A DNA stretch of 64,000 nt from Chiloscyllium plagiosum. Taxonomy: Eukaryota. Of this stretch, positions 1 through 12,525 are shown in pieces. The DNA lies in contig NC_057751.1 of the NCBI RefSeq assembly GCF_004010195.1, forward strand, positions 11,223,108-11,287,107, given 5' to 3'. The first letter of the stretch is position 1, and every line of letters begins with the position of its first letter. Position numbers and translations under genes: made by a program. The notes beneath the pieces are model-generated. The model made no database searches. It saw nothing but the letters and a program-made list of their open reading frames with translations, and had not been told where the DNA came from.

Positions 1-374
1 CAGCTCTGCTTCAGCTCTCAGCCAATGGCCCGAACTATCACCATTTGTATTCCAGTCGGGTATAGCTGTCCCACCTCTACAAGCGATTCGCCCGACTTCG
101 ATCTTGCAGCTGTCAAAGAACAGAAGGTTTCCAATTAAAACCAACAAGGAAGGAAACTCATCCAGTTTCAACCAGCAAATCAGTGCCATGTTCCTCAGAG
201 CATTTCGTTTGGGGAATCATCTATGTGGGTGATTGCTTCACAGTCACCAACATTCTCATGGCACTTCAATAGGCTGACTCCTTGAAACTTCTCAGCTCAT
301 TTCCGAGCTCCCCTCATTCATGTGTTGGCCCAAGGTGCTGAGAATCTCAGCAAATCTCAGACATCAGGTGCACA

Positions 375-445
375 TGTGTGTGTGTAGGAATGTACCTCTG
401 TGTGTGTGTGTGTCTCTATGTTTTTGTGTGAGTGCGTGTGCGCGT
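375..445. repeat. Imperfect (TG)n microsatellite
   Basis: Interrupted tgtgtg runs. Confidence 0.85.
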
Positions 446-554
446 TTTTGCGGGGGGCGGGGGCGGGGGCGGTGCAGAAGGTCATCAATCAAAAACAGCA
501 AACCCTGTTGTTTTTTTCCCTACAACCTTGTTCCATTCCCCAACCTGAAGAAGC

Positions 555-835
555 TGAGAGCCAGCCACATTACTGTGGATATGGAGCCACATGTCAGCCA
601 GACCAGGTTAGGATGACAGATTCCCTTCCCTCATGGGCATTACTCAACCGGATGGGCTTTTTCTGACAATCAATGGTGGTTTCATGGTCATTAACAGATT
701 GTTCATTCCAGACACTTTTTTCTCCCAAAGGAATGCGAATTCCACCAAGTGGGATTGAAACCTGGGACCCTAGAAGATGAGCTGAGGTTCTGGATTAACA
801 CTTGAGCAATAATCCCATGAGATGATCACCTCCCC
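555..835 (-). mobile_element. Decayed tRNA-derived SINE, same family as 30355-30705
   Basis: Minus-strand head ggggaggtgatc...cccaggtttcaatccc (B-box-like); core gagggaagggaatctgtcatcctaacctggtctggctgacatgtggctcc aligns by eye with the 30.4 kb copy. Confidence 0.75.
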
Positions 836-2164
836 AGCTCAGGGTACTGTGGTGGGTTTACCAATCTCCCTAGCCCATCGGTGTGGAGGTGGACATGTAC
901 TGTTTACTCTCTGTGATGAGGTAACTCGCTAAATAGCCAGTGGCTCATGAGTGAGAGTTCAACACTCTTCCCTCGAGTTTTATTGACCTCAGTGCACACA
1001 CTGTCTCTGAAGCAACATGTCTGCAGAGCTAGGAGAGACTCTGACTGGGATCGAACTAGCACATCGCTATGAAAGTAATGACAGCACATTCCCCTGCCCC
1101 ACCACTCGACAACATGTCGAGCAATGCCAATGATCTCGTCACAGGTTGTCCCCTGTTCCTACTGGGTTTGGCTAGACCAGAGCTCCCCATCATAAGCAGC
1201 CCCCCACCTTGCAGGCTCTGGAGAATCCAGATCAGCCCAACTCTGCTGCCGACACCCCACTGACCCACACCAACCAAGTCCCAATGCAGCCATGAGCCCT
1301 GTGCCCACTGACCAACACTGGCTGATGGGGCAAGCCTTATCAAAATGTATTTTCACCTCCATCGTCTGCCTTGTCCCTCCTCAGCTTGAGAAGGAACTCC
1401 CAGGCCAGCAACCCTCCCAGTTATCTGTGCTCTTCCAGTTCTGGTTCCACCACTGATCACTGCGCCTTCAGCAAGCATGGTCTTAAAAGCCTGCTCTTCC
1501 CTCCGTTCACCTCTCTCGCTCTCTCTCTCTCTCGACCTCACTGTTATCTTGCAAGGCACATCTGAATCATGTCACTCTGACCAGGCTTCCACTCAGCAGC
1601 CCTGATCAGGGGCTCCGTGTCGAATTTCATCTGATAATGCACCTGCAAAGTACCCTGAGACACAGTCTTGTGTTTGGTGCACCACATTATTGCTCGTGAA
1701 ACACTGTCATGGCAGACTTTACAGCAGCAACAAATCATTCAGTTCGGAGTCAAACACCATCGGGCCTGGTGGAAACACACACGAATCCTGAGCTATGTTA
1801 GTGAAAACCACTGAGAGTTGCTTCTGTCGTGGGCTTGAGCTTTGACTAGAACCAGTGAATACCTGCTCCCCAATTCCCACATTCCGATGAGATGTTCACA
1901 GCTTGCGGATGAGCCCACGGAATTTTTTTTGGGTGACACAGCAGTCAAGGTTACTGGACTGCACAGGAATCTCACCACAAACCAGGCTCTGAGGAAACAA
2001 GACCCTGGGGTACTGTGCAATACCCAGCTACGACTGAGGACCACACATGGCAAAGTGGAGCTGGGAACCAGGAGATAGCCAGGAAAATGGCTATTACTCC
2101 CAGTCAGAAAAAAACCTTGCACTCACATCCAGCACCATCGCCTGGTTTATTTTGGAGTTTGGTA

Positions 2165-2727
2165 TCTATACAGGCAGGAGGAGTAGGCCATCTGACCTCT
2201 TTGAGCCTGTTCCACCATTCAGTAAGATCCTGGCTGATCTTTCCGAGGCCTCGGGTCCACTTACCCGCCCTCTCACCATAACTCTTAATACCTTTACTGT
2301 TCCAAACTCTGTCCGTCTTTGCCTTACAAAACATTCAAAGAGGGTAAGCTCACTGGGCAGGGTTTCCTCAGGTACACAGCCCTCTGGGTGAACAAATTCC
2401 TGCACAGCTCAGTCTGAAATCTGCTCCCCCATATTTTGAGGCTAAGCCCACTCGTTCTAGTTTTACACATCAATGGAAACAACCTCCCTGTTTCTATCTT
2501 CTCTATTCCCTTCACAATTTTATGTTTCTGTAAGATTCCCCCCTCATTCTTCAGAACTCCAATGAATATAATCCCAGTCTACTCAGTCTCTCCTCATAAG
2601 CCAACCCTTTCAACTCCAGAATCAACCTAGTGACCTTCCTCTGTACCCCCTCCAGTGCCAGTACATCCTTTCTCAAGTAAGGAGACCCAAACTGCACACA
2701 CTACTCCAGGTATGGCCTCACCAGCAC
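2165..2727 (-). mobile_element. CR1 LINE 3' fragment (end of ORF2 plus 3' UTR)
   Basis: Minus strand reads LVRPYLE..VQF.SPYLRKDVLALEGVQRKVT; 3' UTR ...aggctcaaagaggtcagatggcctactcctcct. Confidence 0.9.
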
Positions 2728-3179
2728 GAACACATTTTCAGGTTGTTAATGCCAGCACAGAGTTTCACATCTTGGCTCCGACTCTCCAATTACTGCTGCA
2801 GCAGCACAAAAGGGCAGCCACCCCCATTGCCACACTAAACGGGGACAAACTAGCAGCTGGCAGAACAGAAGCACCCATCGGATGGACGGTGCTGGGCATC
2901 TCCAGTTTTCACCGTCAGAGCTCAGGGCCACCCACCGACCCCAGCAGCCCGAGCCCTTCAGAGTTCCCTTGGTCCCTCCTCAAGTACCACAGGGTACATT
3001 CCAAACATTGCTCCCTTTCCTGACACCTTGGCTGCTGGAGACTTGCAGAGTTTCACTGAGAGAAAGCTAAGGCACTGTTGTCAAGGCAATCTCAGCAAAG
3101 CACCCACTTTGTGTGCGGTCTGTGCAACCTGTGGGCAAACAGTGATCGCTCTGGCAGCTATCTGCTTCAATAAACATAC

Positions 3180-3315
3180 AGGCACACACAACCCTACACA
3201 AACACACACACACCTTCCACATACACAGACAGAACTCTCCACACACATACACAGGCAGACACACACACAGAAAACCCTTCACACACACCCCCACACACAG
3301 ACGCGCACTCACACA
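3180..3315. repeat. (CA)-rich degenerate microsatellite
   Basis: Repeated acacac runs. Confidence 0.85.
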
Positions 3316-5254
3316 AACTAACAAGTCTCTCAGTTTGAGATTTTCAAACTCTTGAAAGTACACTGAATCTACCATTCATTATTTCCTTTCCTGACCTGCT
3401 GCAAGTTGAAATGTGAACGTTTGTTCCCTTGACTCTCCTTGGCTCTGTGAACAATTTCCCCACTGCAGTGAAAGGCAACTGAAGGCCGGCACTTCCAGTC
3501 AGACTCCAGTTACCGTGCGCTGCTCACACAGAATCTGCAGTCCTGTGTCTCTCACACAACAGAGAGATCGGGTCAGGCTCAAACACCACTTCAAAATACA
3601 GCGACAGACCACCTTCCACAGACCATGACGACTCACTGCTCGTGCTCACTTCCAACAACTGAGGACTGGGGCAGGAGCGACACTCCCTTGTGATGCTGAG
3701 CCAGCCTGGAGAGCGGACAGACTCCTCCAAGTTCTCTGTGCTGCGGACGGCTTGTTCAGAAGCTCCTTGAGCAAACACGAGGGGGGGGATCACGTCATAT
3801 AAAGGGCAAGGCCAGAGTCCACCCTCTGCCTGTGACACACAGCCTGTCAGAATCTATCACTCTCTCCGGCCTCACAACCTCACAGGCAGGAAATCAACAA
3901 GCATTTCTGAAGGACCCAACTGTTCTCTCCTCAAAGAAACAGCCTCAAGGCTGATAATATTTGTCCAAGTTGGTTGGTTTTGCAAGTGACCAGTGCGATG
4001 TTTGTTACTTCAAATCACCGTGTGGCACAGAGACAGTGACAGCCTCAGGCATAGCCCCTTCGATCAATATGATTCTCCAGTACAGAGTGGTTCCTGTCAG
4101 AATGATGCATGGCTCCAATCAACTGACTGTATAACCTGCACTTGGCAGCGACAGCAGCAGCCACATCATGATTACTACGTGCTGATGACTCAGGAATGAG
4201 GCACACAGCAGAGATCTGGCTCAAGCTCTTCAGCGCTGAATAATTCTCCAAGTATTAGGAGCATCAACATCGCCAGAGATCAATCGGTGGAGCTCTGCTC
4301 GGACTGTCAAACAACTCCAGCATGTTTTCAGCTATTAACCCCTGTGCCCCCAGCCCCGTCACTGCTCAGAGGGGTTGGTGGCAGAGAGGGACAAGCTGCT
4401 TTCGCACTGGACTTCATACGGAGGGAAAGCTCCTGACATCTGACTCGTCCTCCTGCCAGATCCATCTCAGGCCTTTCTGACAATTGCAGGCTGCTGTGAC
4501 TTTGGCGGCTCAGTCAGAAAGTTAAAGAGTAAGTTCCACGTGACGTTGACTGTTCATCCTCAGGCCATTCAGCCCAAGAACCATGCTTGGCTTGCATGCT
4601 CCCACCTTTCTTCATCTGACACTATTAATGAGTCCTGGCTTTCCTCTCTTTCTCTCTCTCTCATCTTTCGATCAGGCCTTCGCTTGTCACTTCAACTCCC
4701 TGTGGGAACACAGTCCACATTCTAACCCCTTTCTGGGCGAACACTTTTCCCTTGGGTTTACAACGGATTGAGTGCTGACTCTCATATTCATGGCTACCAG
4801 TCACAGACACCAGTCAGAAACATCTTCAACTCGATCGACTTGATCAAGACCTCTTAGCAGACCCACAGAGAAATCCTCCATGAAGCTGACCACAGGAAGG
4901 CAAAACAATCCGTTCACTTGACAAGGTAGAAAACCCTTAAAGATACACGTGACAAGCCAAAACCAAGAGTCGGTCAGACAGAAAATCTTAACAAGTCAGT
5001 GCTCTTGAAAAATGAAGCCTCACAGGCAGAGGCCGTGCCCTGCTGTTAAACTAGAAGGTTGTGTCTATCAAACAGTACATCACTTCTGGAACACGGATAC
5101 AAGTCAGGAGGAGGCCAGTGAGAGAGGGAGTGGCTGGGCAGAGCCAGCAGCACAGCAGTCCCTGAGGAGAGAGAGGCATTTCCTTTCACAGAAGCAGGGA
5201 AGGTTGGAAACTATCAGGGATGAAGCTGTGAGGAGAGATGATACAAATAAGGCC

Positions 5255-5445
5255 TGTTTTCTCCAGAATATAGAAGGTTAAGGGGTGACCTGATCGAAGT
5301 CCGCAGTTTATTAACAGGAGAAGACAGGGTAAATAAAGCTAAACTATTTCCACTGGTTGAGGGTTTTAGAATAGGGGACATGGTCGGAGTGTTGGGAGCA
5401 GACCATTCTGGACAGATGTTAAGAAGTACTCATACACAGACAGGG
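5255..5445 (+). mobile_element. Old CR1 fragment
   Basis: agaaggttaaggggtgacctgatcgaagtc (RRLRGDLIEV). Confidence 0.75.
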
Positions 5446-5446
5446 T

Positions 5447-5625
5447 GGGTGACATGGTGGCTCAGTAAGTTAGCACTGCTGCCTCACAGCACCAGGGAGC
5501 TGGGTCCGATTCCAGCCTCAGGCGACTGCCTGTGTGGAGTTTGCATATTCACCCCGAGTCTGAGTGAGTTACCTTGCCCAGTCCAGAGATGTACAGGTTA
5601 CATCTGTTGGTCATGCAAAATTGTT
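5447..5625 (+). mobile_element. HE1-type V-SINE, decayed
   Basis: A box tggctcagtaag, B box ggtccgattcc, V-domain ctgtgtggagtttgcatattc. Confidence 0.85.
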
Positions 5626-5699
5626 CTGTGGTGTGCAGATCAGATGGGTTAGCCAGTGGGGCACGGTGACAGAGTGGGACCTGGTGTTGGAGTTAAAAC

Positions 5700-5912
5700 T
5701 CAAAAAGGACCTGAGGGGCAACTTTTTCACACAGACAGTGAACCATGTGTGGGATGAACTGCCAGAGGAAGTGGTGGACGCAGGTACAGTTACTACATTT
5801 AAAAGACATTTGGACAGGTATATGAATAGTGAAGGTTCAGAGGGATACGGGCCAATAGATTAATGTGGGATGATGTTCAGCCTGGACTCTTTCTGTGCTG
5901 TATGACTCCATA
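5700..5912 (+). mobile_element. CR1/HER1-like 3' end
   Basis: DLRGNFFTQTVNHVWDELPEEVVDAGTVTTFKRHLDRYM; tail ctgtatgactcca. Confidence 0.9.
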
Positions 5913-7847
5913 ACCCAATTGCACTCTTTTTGCCAGTTCAACTCACTATCCTGAGTGCACAACCCTCTCACCTTGGTGTCAACTTGTAACCATTCTGCTA
6001 CTGGCCCTGCAAAGTGCTGCTCAGTGGAAGATCTCTTGGAAATATAACTGATCATGGATGTTTGCCGGGTAGTGTCAGCGTCAATGGGCTGAAAGACTTT
6101 CTGAGCTGGAAAAGTTCTCTGATTCTACCACTCCCTTTATTTCCACTTTGTGACTCTCAATCTGAAAATTCAGTGACGCTGGCCAGCATGACCTTCCCTT
6201 CTGCTGCGATTCCTCAATGTTTCCTGGGGTCATTTCAAGGAATACATTATTTTTGTGAACACTGACATTATGCTAACCGGTCTCAAATTATTTGTACTTG
6301 TTCGAGCTTGTTTCTTCAACTGAAGAACAATATTGACTCTCCAGCGCTCAGCCCTTTGCTAATGGATGTGTGTACATGTATATCTCTGCTCACTCTTATC
6401 CAACTCGCTTTAAGACCAGGAACACCCAGGGAGCAGGAGGATACAGGCTGACCATGTGAAGTGGTAAGTTCCCAGTGTGGGGTCTTCGCAGCTCAGAGCC
6501 CCATGAGTACATCAGGAGGGTGTCCTCATGGGTCCCCAGGGACACAGTAGCTCCAAGCTCTCCGACAAATCCCAGGAGCACAATGAAACGTCTCGCTTCA
6601 GCCAAACTGCAATCCCACTCTGCTCATGGGGACTCCACATCCAGGAGTACAGCATTCATCCTGCTCTGCACTGGACAGCAAGGAAGGATCTGCTTCCCCG
6701 AACGGAACACAGTCACCAAAGTGCACAGACTTCTACTGTTTGGGAAAAGGAGGTCACGGAGCAGACGATCTGAGGGGGTAAGAGAGGACTCAGCAGTGCT
6801 GAAAGGAGAAACATTCCCCACCTCAAAAACACCATCAAAGGGACACTGCAGGTGCTGGTGTCTATAGACAAAGCTGGATTGCAGCATTGCTGTTTGGACC
6901 CACACACACTCAATGGGCTGAACAGCCGCTCACAGTCTCATAAACCTACACCCTTTCCACTTCCTCTGACAGAAGCAGAGATAACAAACAGTTAAATCCA
7001 AACTCATTTGGCTGGCAGATGAAAAGATAAACTGCAGTTTATAAAAAGATCTCTCCCTCTTTCCCAACTTCCTGTTGGAACCCACAGGCCTGTTTATACA
7101 GGAAATTAGAAATCAGTCTGGATTAGCTTCAACTTGGAATCCATGTCTGTTTACTCAAGGAGGCAAAACTGGGCACCAATACATCCTCGTTCTCAACTCA
7201 GAGTAGCATGGAGCTGCACCACAAGGTCAACATCTCAGCTCCAGTCAAAGAGATGGGTTCTCCAACAAGACCAGCCCAACACCCCCCAGGCTGACTCAAC
7301 AACTAACATCCAGGGCAAGGACTGGGTTGTGGGGGTGAGCTTACCTGCACTGACCAGTAACCCCAACATCATGCCTGATCATCTCAGTCATGTGTATTCC
7401 CAACCATGTGAAGGCAGGAATTCTGAGTGAAACTACTCCTGTCAGCTGCAGCTCCCTGCTCTCCCAAATGCTATTGCTCTCCGATAGGAGATGAGAAAAC
7501 CAAACTCCACACCCTAGGGCTAGCTGCAGGAACTTGACGGGATCATCGAAGAAGGGGGTGGGTGGCAGGTGCTATCTGAAAGGGATTGGGGATTCTGTTC
7601 TGAATCCTGAAGTGTAGATCAGGAATGCCCTGACAGGACTCCAGAACTCACCTCAAAACATAGCCAAAATGCCATCTCGGATGGAGTGGCAATTTCTCCT
7701 GTCTGCTACCGTCTCTGAGCTAGTGATATTGCTTTGGTCTCATCACAGAGATCCGGGATGGTTCGGGATGTCAGCTCAGCTGGTCCCTGCTACCCCCTTA
7801 ACCAGATGGGAATGAAATGCTAACCTCGCCACTGAGGTCCATCAACT

Positions 7848-8232
7848 TTATAGAGGTTTATAGAGGTATATAGTGACCTTATAGAGGTTTATAAAATCAT
7901 GAGGGGCATGGATAGGATAAATAGACAAAGTCTTTTCCCTGGCTTGGGAGAGCCCAGAACTAGAGGGCATAGGTTTAGGGTGAGAAGGGAAAGATATAAA
8001 AGGGACCTGCGGGGCAACATTTTCACACAGAGTGTGGTACATGAATGGAATGAGCTGCCAAAGGAAGTGGTGGAGGCTGGTACAATTTAAAAGGCATTTG
8101 GATGGGTATATGAACAGGAAGGGTTCGGAGGGATATGGGCCAAATACTGGCAAATGGGACTAGATTAAGTTGGGATATCTGGTCAGCATGGACGGGTTGG
8201 ACCGAAGGGTCTGTTTCCACTCTATGACTCTA
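7848..8232 (+). mobile_element. CR1/HER1-like 5'-truncated 3' end
   Basis: DLIEVYKIMRGMDR...RTRGHRF...WNELP; UTR ggaccgaagggtctgtttcc and ctatgactctat tail. Confidence 0.95.
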
Positions 8233-10614
8233 TCTCATCCATGTTCATTTGGTTTTGCGCCACATCCCTGACATCACCCACATTTCTCTCTCTCTCTCTG
8301 GGTCTTCAGGTTGGAGGTGGGAGTCCCCTCCTGACTTTGCAAGCCTTTCCGATGCTTTTGTTCAGGGTGAGCTGCCAGGGGCACCATCACTGAGCAAAGG
8401 GAGGTGCTGGTGCTATTCCAGTTTCCGGGAAGCCTCTTTAATTGGGGAGGAGGGGGCAGCTTGACCGAAAACATTCAAACTGGGCTGCAGAGAAGATCCA
8501 CAAAGCAGCAAACAGCAGCCCCCCTGGTGTGATAGACAAACCGAGCAGGGAGACAAAACAACAGCTTGCAACCTGGAAGTAATCGTCACTTGTGCCTGGG
8601 CAGGAACCAGGCTCACTCTCCTAGATTACTGCAGTCAGTACCTTCTGTTTTTGTGAGCCAAAGGGAAGAGGAGACTGTGCGTTCTGTATTCATTCCGATG
8701 AAAAGGCTGCTTGTTTCAGAGTGCAGCGACTGGCCAATGCTCACTGTCTGGTTTGCAGAAGGAGCCTGTCTAACCGAATAACTATCTTGGAAGTTGTAAA
8801 ACCAAGAAAACATAGCTTGCTGCATCTGGAACAGCTCTTTGTTGTTCAATTCCCAGTATGTGAAACGTGAGCTTTGATGCCTGCACCATACAAAGCCCTG
8901 GGACAGGTCACTTTGCTGGAGTCGTGACCAGAGCAAGCTCCGAAACCCCCCGACGAGCCGGATTCTCATGGTTCCACCCCCACCTCACTGTTCCAGTGCC
9001 ATGCTGTGGGACAGAACTCTTCATAATGACCACACACTCAGTTCCGCCTGTCGGTCGATGAAGTGGTGGGCCGTGTGAGAAGGGCAAAGATAGCCCATGT
9101 GACCCAGACTGCCCTCACTGCCTACCTGGGCATCATCAGCACCCTCTTTCATGACACACTAATTACAGACAGAATGCAAGATTCAATTTGGCGCAAGCCC
9201 CCAGACCTCCTCTCCATCTTCTCCAGGGTTCCTTTCCAGGAGCCAAATAATCTCACTTCAGCCACAAGAATTTCACTTCTGGCATTGCCCAGCACCAAAG
9301 CTCCGGCTGCAACCGTCCCAGCCAAGTGGGTCAGGGAATGGGGAAGGGCTGGAGAGGAAATCCCCTCCTTCCCCATGGAAATGCCTACTCCAAACTGGCA
9401 CTGCCCTCGCTCTCTCCCTCCCTGCCAGTGTGGGTGTTCAGCCCAGGGGTGCACATTCGCAATCTCCCTCCAGCTAAACAAACTGTGGGATGCTGGAGGC
9501 TGGAGGCTGGAGCATCCCCTCAGTCCAAAACCATCAAGAAAACTCAGCTCAACAACTCTCCTTCGGAAGGAAGACCGCCTGGCCATTCCCCGAAATCAAA
9601 CACGATTGTGTTCTCTGGCCAAACTGGCCCAAGGCTCAAATTCAAGAAAAACAGGTTGAACTCAACATCATTTGGATGAGGAAGTTTAGCTCCTGCGTGT
9701 GTGGCTCCCCTGCCTCTCAGAGGGTTATGAGGCCTCTTCGCAGACAGCGTTGTCCTGTGGACATTTCAATTCCAGTGTGGAAGTGGGCAGTCAGGAGACC
9801 TGTGTGTGAGCAACTGAACTTGCCATCTCAGCACCAGAACTCACCTTAGCTCCAGCTCTGCCAGTATATGGAGGATGTATCCTCAGCTATATCCACTCAC
9901 ACACACACACTTTCAGCCAACACATCATTCAGAGCAGTCAGCCACATGGGCTATCTGTGCTTCATTCGAACCGGCCTCTCCCCATTCCTCCTGCTCTTGC
10001 CTCACAAACCTATCCCCTTCCTGTAGCACGACCTGACCCCCTTCGTTTCCAAGTGGTGAAAACCTGAGATGTCTTTCTGAGAGATGGACGACGTGCACTG
10101 TGATCAGAGGTTGCAGTCACTGGTCAATCTCACCCTGCCATTTCACCCGATAACTCTCTCTGGGTCTTTGTGCTGGAAAATCCAACATCTGCGCACAGTG
10201 TCGAAGGCCTGTGTGGAAAGGGGACCATAACCAGCAGATTGTGGAAGCTTTGGGTGAGGCACCCTATGTCCGAATGACAACCGCAAATTCCAAAGGGCAG
10301 GGAAAGATGGAAAAGATTGGAATAAAAGGTCACAGAAACTAAAACACTGAAGAATCTCAGGTTCAAAACAAATATCTCCGGGAAATATGAACATTGGAAG
10401 CAATCCCGATACCACACGTGTCAAAGTTCATTTTCCAAACTGGAGAGGTTGCTCATCAGAGATTCAGATGTAGCCCCTATTAAACATGGAATTGCATTGC
10501 AATGGATCAGCTCTCAATGATGGGGTCTCAGGTACTGTGACAGTCTCTCTTCACAAAGAGTGGGATAATACATCGAACTGCCTGGTACTGCTATACATTT
10601 TGCTCAGTCATCAC

Positions 10615-10793
10615 AAGTGGTTTGTGTCGGGAATGAACTGCCAGAGGAAGTGGTGGATGTGGGTATAATTATACTGTTTAAAAGACATTTGAATAGGTAC
10701 GTGAATGGGAAAGATTCAGAGGGATGCGGGCCAGGAGCAGGCAGGTGGGACTAGTTTAGTTTGGGAAGACTCTGTTTCTGTCCTATAGGACTC
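10615..10793 (+). mobile_element. CR1 3' fragment
   Basis: ggaatgaactgccagaggaagtggtgg...tttaaaagacatttg. Confidence 0.85.
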
Positions 10794-11954
10794 AAAAATG
10801 TCGAGAGCTGATGGTTTCACTTGGTTTTGATTGATCAACTCTGGGCAGTCAACTTAACTCCAAATGCCACAACCTGCAATTTACCCCTCTCCTGTAGGTG
10901 GTACCCGATGTCAATGAAGGAGTAAGTGTGATCCAAGTGGAGGGAGGTAAGCAATCTCCTCTCTCTCTGTATGTACACATAAAGCTGCCAGATGGAAAGC
11001 CAGCAGCCTGAGGGGACCCAGCTCAGTGCCACATCTGGATACTTACATTTATCCTTCCTTTTTCAAAACAAAAAAAAAATCAGTGAAAAAAAAACCTGCA
11101 ACAAAGACCTTGTTCTCAGAAGGCAGAGCCAGCTGCTGGAACATGCCATGGGTACTGCAACATTCCTGCCATTCCTGCTGTCAAAGGGAAGGCCTATAGG
11201 TCACACCGTGATTCTGTAGGCCCTGCTAACCTGAGAAAGGGTACTGTCAGTTTGTATTTTTGTGAGCATGCCCCATTAGCAGCTGTTGAAACGAATTTTG
11301 GTTGTTTTAAATGAGTAGAAAGGGTTGTACATGGCCATTTGCAAGTAGTTCTGAATGGGTCCAGACAGCCACTGAGCTGAGGTGCTAGCACGGGGCACCA
11401 TCCAGTACACGCACACTGCCATGAATCAGGAAAGCCTTGCACCTTCCCGTAACAAACAATTTCACTGTTTTTTAAGAGAGGGTGATGGAGTTTCCTTCCA
11501 CAAAGGTTTGTATTGTGTTATACCTGCCCACAGAATCTCTTCCAACTCTCCTCTTCAATCTTTGTACTGATCAATGATCCTGCCCAATCGTGCTGTATAG
11601 CGTCAACATCTCCCTCCCTGTTCAATCACACAGGGGATAGCTTCAGCTCCCCCGTCAGTTTGTAAAGCCATCTCACACAAGTTGGGAAACCAGAGCAAGC
11701 CAGTCTGTCCCCTCAGTGTTGTTCCACCAGTGACCGTGATCTGCAATAGTCTTGTTTTTCTGATCAACTGTGAACTACTGACGTGGGTACCCCCACAAAA
11801 TAAAACTTGCCACAATCTAAGATGGGTAATTGCCAATTCATACGTGACCACCCCACTCCAACCCTGCCCAGCCTCAGCAGTGTGTGTTGGGGGGGGGGTT
11901 GGGGGAGACAATGTTCTTGGGTCTATTCCCTCTTTCCAAGAAAATCACACTGTC

Positions 11955-12020
11955 AAGAGTCACACAGCACAGAAACAAACCCTTCGGTCCATCCAGTCCA
12001 TGCCAGCCATGTTCCCAAAC
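11955..12020 (-). mobile_element. CR1 3' UTR stub
   Basis: cagcacagaaacaaacccttcggtcc. Confidence 0.75.
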
Positions 12021-12149
12021 GAAATATGGAGTCAGACAGCATGAAAAGGCGAGCACCTATCTGAATGAGGCCCCTTTGTGCATGAGTACCCCCTCCCAAA
12101 CTAGGTGAAGTGACTATTTTTTACCGCCGTGGATCACGCCAACCCTTTC

Positions 12150-12525
12150 CCAGACTGCTTCCTGAGATGGCAGAACTCAGGTTTCAAGAGAAACTGGATT
12201 GGTTTGGACTCTATTCACTAGAGTTGACAAGAATGGGGGTCAAACAGGGCTGGACACATGATCCCAATGACCACGGGTCACCGTTTAAGCAACAAGAGTA
12301 GGCCATGAGATCTTGAGAAATTTCTTCACCCAGAGAGCGATGAGCCTGTGGAACTGTCCTCTCCAGAAAGCAACAAATGTTTTCAAGAAGGAGTTTGATC
12401 CCTTTAACCCCAAGATCGAAGAGTATGGGGAGAAAGCAGGTACAGGAGACTGAGTTGGATGATCAGCCATGATCACACTGAATGGTGGGGCAGACTCATA
12501 GGGCTGAATGGCCGACTATGTTTCT
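12150..12525 (+). mobile_element. Old CR1 3' fragment
   Basis: RLLPEM..L.F.EKLD..GLYSLE; aatttcttcacccagagagcgatgagcctgtggaac; UTR gggctgaatggcc. Confidence 0.8.

Noticed and set aside
1544..1650. Minus-strand terminal exon candidate VHYQMKFDTEP...
   Set aside because: All frames stop quickly and no family recognised
9063..9659. Overlapping 198-aa and 145-aa ORFs on opposite strands
   Set aside because: No recognisable domain and no convincing splice boundaries
10880..10952. Plus-strand exon candidate VVPDVNEGVSVIQVEG
   Set aside because: Good splice sites but isolated and unrecognised; such pseudo-exons are common
11040..11100. Microexon after poly-T tracts (minus strand)
   Set aside because: Acceptor is a purine-rich AAG; poor match
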